Source: Nitrospinaceae bacterium
Lineage (GTDB): Bacteria; Nitrospinota; Nitrospinia; Nitrospinales; Nitrospinaceae
Direction: 5' to 3'
Assembly (NCBI GenBank): GCA_965223665.1
Contig: OZ245011.1
Coordinates: 384,001-448,000, forward strand
Length of the DNA stretch: 64,000 nt
Shown: piece after piece, positions 59,113 to 64,000 of the stretch
How positions within the stretch are numbered: the first letter of the stretch is position 1
How the letters are laid out: every line of letters begins with the position of its first letter
Position numbers and translations under genes: made by a program
The notes under the pieces: generated by a model
Seen by the model: the letters and a program-made list of their open reading frames with translations, nothing else
What the model was told of the DNA's origin: nothing
Databases searched by the model: none

Positions 59113-59583
59113 TTATTTTAAATACTGATTGATTTGGCTCTGACATTTTTGAATATTGTTTTGGACTTCAGAATTCCAATCGGCTTCTTGATAATATGCT
59201 TCTGAATAAAAAAACCAAACAAGCGCTTCAGAACAATCCTTTTTCTTAACAAAAAGATTTCCAAGAGAATAGGAAATTTTTGATTTAGTTTTTGGGCTAA
59301 CCTCCGGTTGAATAAATATTTTTTTGTATTCTTGAATTGCTTTATCTATCAATCCCACTTCCTCAAGTTTTTTGGCGACTTGGATTGTTGGTGAACTGGT
59401 TGAAATATTTTCTGGAGAGGGGAAAGCAAATCGTTTTATGAGTAATGCCGTAAAAGTTCCAAAAGCAATAATCGTGACTAGGGTCAGAAAAATAACAAAA
59501 TATTTTACCCCTGAGCTTACCCCTGCTGAGGGTAAAAGTGTGGATTCACTTGGTTCATACCTTCCTGTATTTTTTTCATTCAT
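59113..59583 (-). CDS. Small membrane-anchored TPR-like protein
   Basis: One TM then helical repeats (AIQEYKK, SYSLGNLF). Confidence 0.68.
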   Translation of the reverse strand: MNEKNTGRYEPSESTLLPSAGVSSGVKYFVIFLTLVTIIAFGTFTALLIKRFAFPSPENISTSSPTIQVAKKLEEVGLIDKAIQEYKKIFIQPEVSPKTKSKISYSLGNLFVKKKDCSEALVWFFYSEAYYQEADWNSEVQNNIQKCQSQINQYLK

Positions 59584-59600
59584 TCTTCTTTACTTTTTAT

Positions 59601-60554
59601 TTAATGTTTTTTCTCTCGGAACTTGAAATATTGAATAATCGGCTTAATTAGAGGTTTATCTGTTTGGATTTCAATTAAGTCAATCCCAAAGGAATGGAAC
59701 CTGCTTTTCAAATGGTTCCTCTCTTTTTCAGCCCATTGCGAATAACTTTTAACAAAATCTTTATCACCCGTATCAATTACTAGAGTTTCTCCCGTTTCTG
59801 AATCCTCCAAATGGACCCACCCGACATTTGGTAAAATAGATTCTCTGGGGTCTTTAATGGAAATGGCAATTAGATCATGTTTTTGTCTAGCTAGCTTTAG
59901 GTTCTGGTCGTATCCTTCTGCTTGAAAATCTGAAATTAAAAAAGCCACTGATTTTCTTTTTTGTACCTTCAGTAAAAATTCCAATGGAAGGTTTATGTCA
60001 GTTTTTTTACCTTCCGGAGTAAAGTTCAGGATGGTCTTTATAACATTCCAAATATGGGCGCGGCCCTTTTGAGGGAGAATATAATGTTCGATTTGATCTG
60101 AAAAAATGATGAGTCCTACCTTGTCGTTATTTTTTATTGCTGCAAAAGCAAGGATAGAAGCAATTTCCACTGAAACTTCATTTTTTAATTTTTCTGCGGA
60201 TCCAAAATGACCTGAAGAACTTACATCAACTAGAAGCATTACGGTTAATTCACGTTCTTCACGAAATTCCTTAATATAAGGGTGTCCCATTCTTGCCGTA
60301 ACATTCCAGTCAATAAGACGAATGTCGTCACCTGGTTGATATTCCCGGACTTCACGAAATTCCATCCCTGAACCTTTAAATGCCGAAACATATTCACCTG
60401 CCATCATATGATTTACCAAATGATTAGTTTTTATCTGGATATCTCTAATTTTTTTTATCATTTCAGGTGAAATTGATTTTTCAAAAATATCTTGAGGTGG
60501 CAGGGGGGTAGCACCGAAGGGTGAAGTGATTTTTTCTAAAAGACGGGTAAACAT
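59601..60554 (-). CDS. DUF58 domain protein
   Basis: G.GMEF.EVREYQPGDDIR.IDWNVTAR, EEREL, DVSSS, ISDF. Confidence 0.93.
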   Translation of the reverse strand: MFTRLLEKITSPFGATPLPPQDIFEKSISPEMIKKIRDIQIKTNHLVNHMMAGEYVSAFKGSGMEFREVREYQPGDDIRLIDWNVTARMGHPYIKEFREERELTVMLLVDVSSSGHFGSAEKLKNEVSVEIASILAFAAIKNNDKVGLIIFSDQIEHYILPQKGRAHIWNVIKTILNFTPEGKKTDINLPLEFLLKVQKRKSVAFLISDFQAEGYDQNLKLARQKHDLIAISIKDPRESILPNVGWVHLEDSETGETLVIDTGDKDFVKSYSQWAEKERNHLKSRFHSFGIDLIEIQTDKPLIKPIIQYFKFREKKH

Positions 60555-60559
60555 ATTTT

Positions 60560-61549
60560 TTATGGAACCTCAACGGTGTCAAAAATTTTCTTTAAAACAT
60601 CATCCGTTTCGATATTTTCCGCCTCCGCTTCATAGCTCAAAATAATTCTATGACGAAGAATATCCAGGCCTATTGTTTTAATATCATGAGGGACTACGTA
60701 ACCTCTTCCTTGCATAAAGGCAAATGCTTTAGAAACCCGGTTCAAGAAGATCGAAGCCCTTGGAGAAGCTCCAAATTGAATCATATTCTCCAGAGACTTT
60801 AAGTTATACTCTTGAGGTTCTCGTGTGGCTGAAACCAAGTTTACTATGTAGTCCTGGAGGTTTTCATCAATGTAAATAGTGTCAAATACGTTTCTTGCTT
60901 CTAAAATATCTTTTGGATGGACCACCGCTTTAATTCCATGATTGTTTTTAGTGGTAGACATTTTTTGTAAAATTGTTTTTTCCTCATCTTTAGTGGGATA
61001 TTTTATTTTTAATTTAAAAGCAAAACGGTCAACTTGTGCTTCAGGTAAAGGATAGGTTCCTTCCTGTTCAATAGGATTTTGTGTAGCCATTACCATAAAC
61101 GGCTCTTCCAAACTAAAAGTTTCCCCACCTATTGTAATTTGACGTTCTTCCATTGCTTCTAATAGCGCGCTTTGGACTTTCGCAGGAGCACGATTAATTT
61201 CGTCAGCTAGAATAATATTGGCAAATAGAGGACCTTTCTTAATGATAAATTCTTCTGTCCTGGGTTGATAAACCTGGGTTCCAATTAAATCGGCAGGTAA
61301 TAAGTCTGGTGTGAATTGAATCCTCTTAAAACTGGCTTCGATGGTTTGGGCCAAAGTTTTTACTGCAGTAGTTTTAGCTAAACCAGGAACACCCTCAACC
61401 AGAATATGTTCTCCAGTGAGAAGCCCTAAAATTAAACGCTCGACCAAATATTTTTGGCCAACCATTATTTGTTCCATTTCTTTTGTGATTTCACTAACAA
61501 ATCCACTAGATTGCTTTACTTTTTGAGTAATTTCTTCAATAGGAGTCAT
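60560..61549 (-). CDS. moxR: MoxR family AAA+ ATPase
   Basis: EGVPGLAKT, RIQFTPDLLPAD, ADEINRAPAKVQSALLEAM, ATQNPIEQEGTYPLPEAQ.DRF. Confidence 0.96.
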   Translation of the reverse strand: MTPIEEITQKVKQSSGFVSEITKEMEQIMVGQKYLVERLILGLLTGEHILVEGVPGLAKTTAVKTLAQTIEASFKRIQFTPDLLPADLIGTQVYQPRTEEFIIKKGPLFANIILADEINRAPAKVQSALLEAMEERQITIGGETFSLEEPFMVMATQNPIEQEGTYPLPEAQVDRFAFKLKIKYPTKDEEKTILQKMSTTKNNHGIKAVVHPKDILEARNVFDTIYIDENLQDYIVNLVSATREPQEYNLKSLENMIQFGASPRASIFLNRVSKAFAFMQGRGYVVPHDIKTIGLDILRHRIILSYEAEAENIETDDVLKKIFDTVEVP

Positions 61550-61912
61550 AAATTTTAATTTGTAAGAATAGGAATATTTAATGAATTTCTGGTAGTTCCT
61601 TTAAATTTAAATTCGTGATCGGATATAAAAAAGATCAATTTAACAAAATTGAACTTGATTCATTGGCCTTAATTTTAATATTTGATTGGCAAATAAAGGA
61701 TTAAAAATGAATTTTAAGAGTTATTTTATATATTTTTTAAGCCACTTTTAGTCAAATAAATACATACAATATAACAATTCTGTGGATAATGGCTCAAGAA
61801 AGTGTTTATTTTTGATTTTTTAGGGCAAATTATGTCTTTACAAAAACTGTGGTTTTTTTAAAATATGCGGTTTGAACTTGAATTCCCACAACCATTGAAC
61901 CGGGATTAAATT

Positions 61913-62806
61913 ATGGTAGATACCCAGGAATTAATAAAAGAAAGTTTGGATATTGAAAATAGCCAATTAGACTTGCGTGAAAAAGAGTTAAAGGACGAAT
62001 CACTCATCGAAATAATGAAAAGTGATCAGATAAAAGGAGTCACTGCGCTATTTTTAGAATTTAATGAAATAGGAGATGAGGGAATTCAAGCTATCTTAGA
62101 TTGTCCTCAAATGAAAAATTTGACAGTTTTGAATTTATTTAAAAACAATGTTTCAGATGACGGCTTAAAAGCCCTGGTAAATTCCAAATCCATGTTGAAT
62201 TTATCTGAACTCATTTTGAGTGACAATAATATTACGGTTGAAGGGGCTAAAGCATTAGCTCAATCTCCAATAATGGGTAACCTGGTTTCGCTATGGATTG
62301 GGGATTCATTAGGTGACGAGGGTGTTGAAGCCATTTCCGCATCTGAAACTTTAACTCGATTAAACTTATTGTCCCTATATCGCAACAATATAGGAAATGA
62401 GGGAGCCAAGGCCATTGCTCAATCAAAAAACCTATCAAAACTTACTGAGTTGAATTTGAATTGGAATTATTTAGAAGGTGAGGGTGTGGAAGCGCTGTCT
62501 AACTCTGAAACTTTAAAAAATTTAAAACAATTGACTCTTACTTACAATCCTATTGGAGATCAAGGGGCAAAGGCAATTGCTAACTCAGAAACCTTGAAAA
62601 ACCTAACTCTATTAGATTTATATGAAACTGAGATTGGAGATGAAGGAGCCAAGGCCATTGCTCAATCAAAAAACTTGTCAAAATTAGAATCCTTAGTTCT
62701 AATTCATAATGATATAAGTGAAGATGTTCAAGAAATGATTAAAAACTCCGAAAATCTTCCTAATTTGAAGAATGTAATCTTTCGCATTGCCCCTTCTGAA
62801 GAATAA
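61913..62806 (+). CDS. Leucine-rich repeat protein (28-aa RI-like repeats)
   Basis: Repeated LxxLxLxxNxIGDEGAKAIAxSxxL. Confidence 0.9.
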   Translation: MVDTQELIKESLDIENSQLDLREKELKDESLIEIMKSDQIKGVTALFLEFNEIGDEGIQAILDCPQMKNLTVLNLFKNNVSDDGLKALVNSKSMLNLSELILSDNNITVEGAKALAQSPIMGNLVSLWIGDSLGDEGVEAISASETLTRLNLLSLYRNNIGNEGAKAIAQSKNLSKLTELNLNWNYLEGEGVEALSNSETLKNLKQLTLTYNPIGDQGAKAIANSETLKNLTLLDLYETEIGDEGAKAIAQSKNLSKLESLVLIHNDISEDVQEMIKNSENLPNLKNVIFRIAPSEE

Positions 62807-62860
62807 AGAATAGAATGGTCCCTTCCTAGCATTTTTTCGGTTTAATGGAGTTTTGATCCT

Positions 62861-63697
62861 ATGTTTACTGGCGAAAAACCTGATTTAATGGATATTTGGG
62901 CATTCGGCCCTGACAATATTTATGTTGTGGGAAAGGATGGAATCCCTCAGCACTATGATGGGGAGTTTTGGACACCCGTTCGCACTAACAATACAAATCC
63001 TTTAATGGGTATTTGGGCGGCGCATGAAAAGTGTATTTATGCGGTGGGTATTGGTGGTGTGGTTCTCCATTATAACGGAAAAGAATGGGTTCAAATTGAT
63101 ACAGGTAATTATGATTCCCTTAATTCTGTTTATGGTTACCATGAGAATGAAATGTTTATTTTCGGAGTGGGAGGAAGAGTATTATTTTGGAATGGAAAAA
63201 GTTGGGAATACCGGGAGCCTAATACAATCCACGATTTATTTGGATTTTGGGGGGAAGACATCAATCGAATCTACGCAGTTGGCGGGGAGGGAATTTTTAG
63301 ATTCTATAACGGAAAAACCTTTGAACGCCGAGAAGAATTGACCGATGAGCAAATTTCTCTTTATGGAGTATGGGGATCACATACAAACAGTGTTTATGTG
63401 GTAGGGTCTAGTGGAACCATTCTTCATTTTAATGGTGAAGAATGGGAAACAATGGATTCTGGAACTGAGGAATACCTACTCAGTATTTGGGGAATCACTG
63501 ATGATAATATTTATGCTGTTGGTGATGAATGCACTCTTCTCCATTATGATGGAAATAAATGGAATTCTATTGAGCCTATTTGTAAAGAATACTTTACTAA
63601 GGTAAGAGGTTTGGGTCCGGATCAAATTTATGTGTGTGGAGAAAATGGTTGTGTTATGCGTTTTGACGGTAAGGAATGGATTGATGTTTCAATATAA
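62861..63697 (+). CDS. Predicted beta-propeller protein with seven ~39-aa repeats
   Basis: Repeated L.(G/S)(I/V)WG....IYAVG..G..LHY(D/N)G..W. Confidence 0.8.
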   Translation: MFTGEKPDLMDIWAFGPDNIYVVGKDGIPQHYDGEFWTPVRTNNTNPLMGIWAAHEKCIYAVGIGGVVLHYNGKEWVQIDTGNYDSLNSVYGYHENEMFIFGVGGRVLFWNGKSWEYREPNTIHDLFGFWGEDINRIYAVGGEGIFRFYNGKTFERREELTDEQISLYGVWGSHTNSVYVVGSSGTILHFNGEEWETMDSGTEEYLLSIWGITDDNIYAVGDECTLLHYDGNKWNSIEPICKEYFTKVRGLGPDQIYVCGENGCVMRFDGKEWIDVSI

Positions 63698-63741
63698 TTA
63701 TTTTCTTGGTTTAGGTCCGATATAAGATAAAAGGAATATTC

Positions 63742-64000
63742 ATGGAGCGTTTAACTAGTAGTCATTTATTGTCCATATATGGTTTTAATGAAAACGATGT
63801 GTTTGTAGGTGGAGCGGAAGGCACCATTCTTCACTTTGATGGAAAGTCATGGTCATCAATGGATTCCGGTGGGCGCTGGACAGTAAAAAGAATGTGGGGA
63901 ACCTCCCATGACAATTTATATGGTGTATGCACTGACGGAAAAATTTTAAAATATGATGGGGAAAAATGGACTCCTGAAGATACAGAGAGTTTTCCTCCCA
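63742..64000 (+). CDS. Second beta-propeller repeat protein, 5' part (runs off window)
   Basis: Own translation: MERLTSSHLLSIYGFNENDVFVGGAEGTILHFDGKSW...MWGTSHDNLYGVCTDGKILKYDGEKW; AAGGA RBS. Confidence 0.8.
   Translation, partial: MERLTSSHLLSIYGFNENDVFVGGAEGTILHFDGKSWSSMDSGGRWTVKRMWGTSHDNLYGVCTDGKILKYDGEKWTPEDTESFPP

Overview
AT-rich, gene-dense bacterial chromosomal window with no recognisable rRNA, tRNA, CRISPR array, transposase or prophage. Housekeeping genes (gltA, clpS, hisN-like, rocD, accD, pssA, psd, ilvC, ilvN, nth, rph, pyrD, alr, ampG, moxR-bat cluster) are mixed with FGE-sulfatase, DUF1566, TPR, LRR, pentapeptide and MORN repeat proteins. That mix suggests a Nitrospinota-like diderm (inference only). 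The most striking locus is a minus-strand four-gene unit at 42077-47475. It encodes a MotB/MotS-like protein with a ~280-aa cytoplasmic coiled-coil, an intact-looking class I adenylate cyclase, a MotA/PomA-like protein and a pentapeptide-repeat protein. The last three are tightly coupled, no flagellar genes lie in the window, and sigma28-like TCCGATAA elements precede two of the genes. This is a candidate ion-motor-coupled nucleotide signalling (or Zorya-analogous) system. Other notable items: a bactofilin-TM-TPR fusion, a PCP_red-ChdC fusion, a perfect Fur-type box, a four-unit Pho-box-like array, a yccA transcription unit inside the bat operon, and a half-size TauE. All product calls come from motif recognition by eye; no database searches were run.
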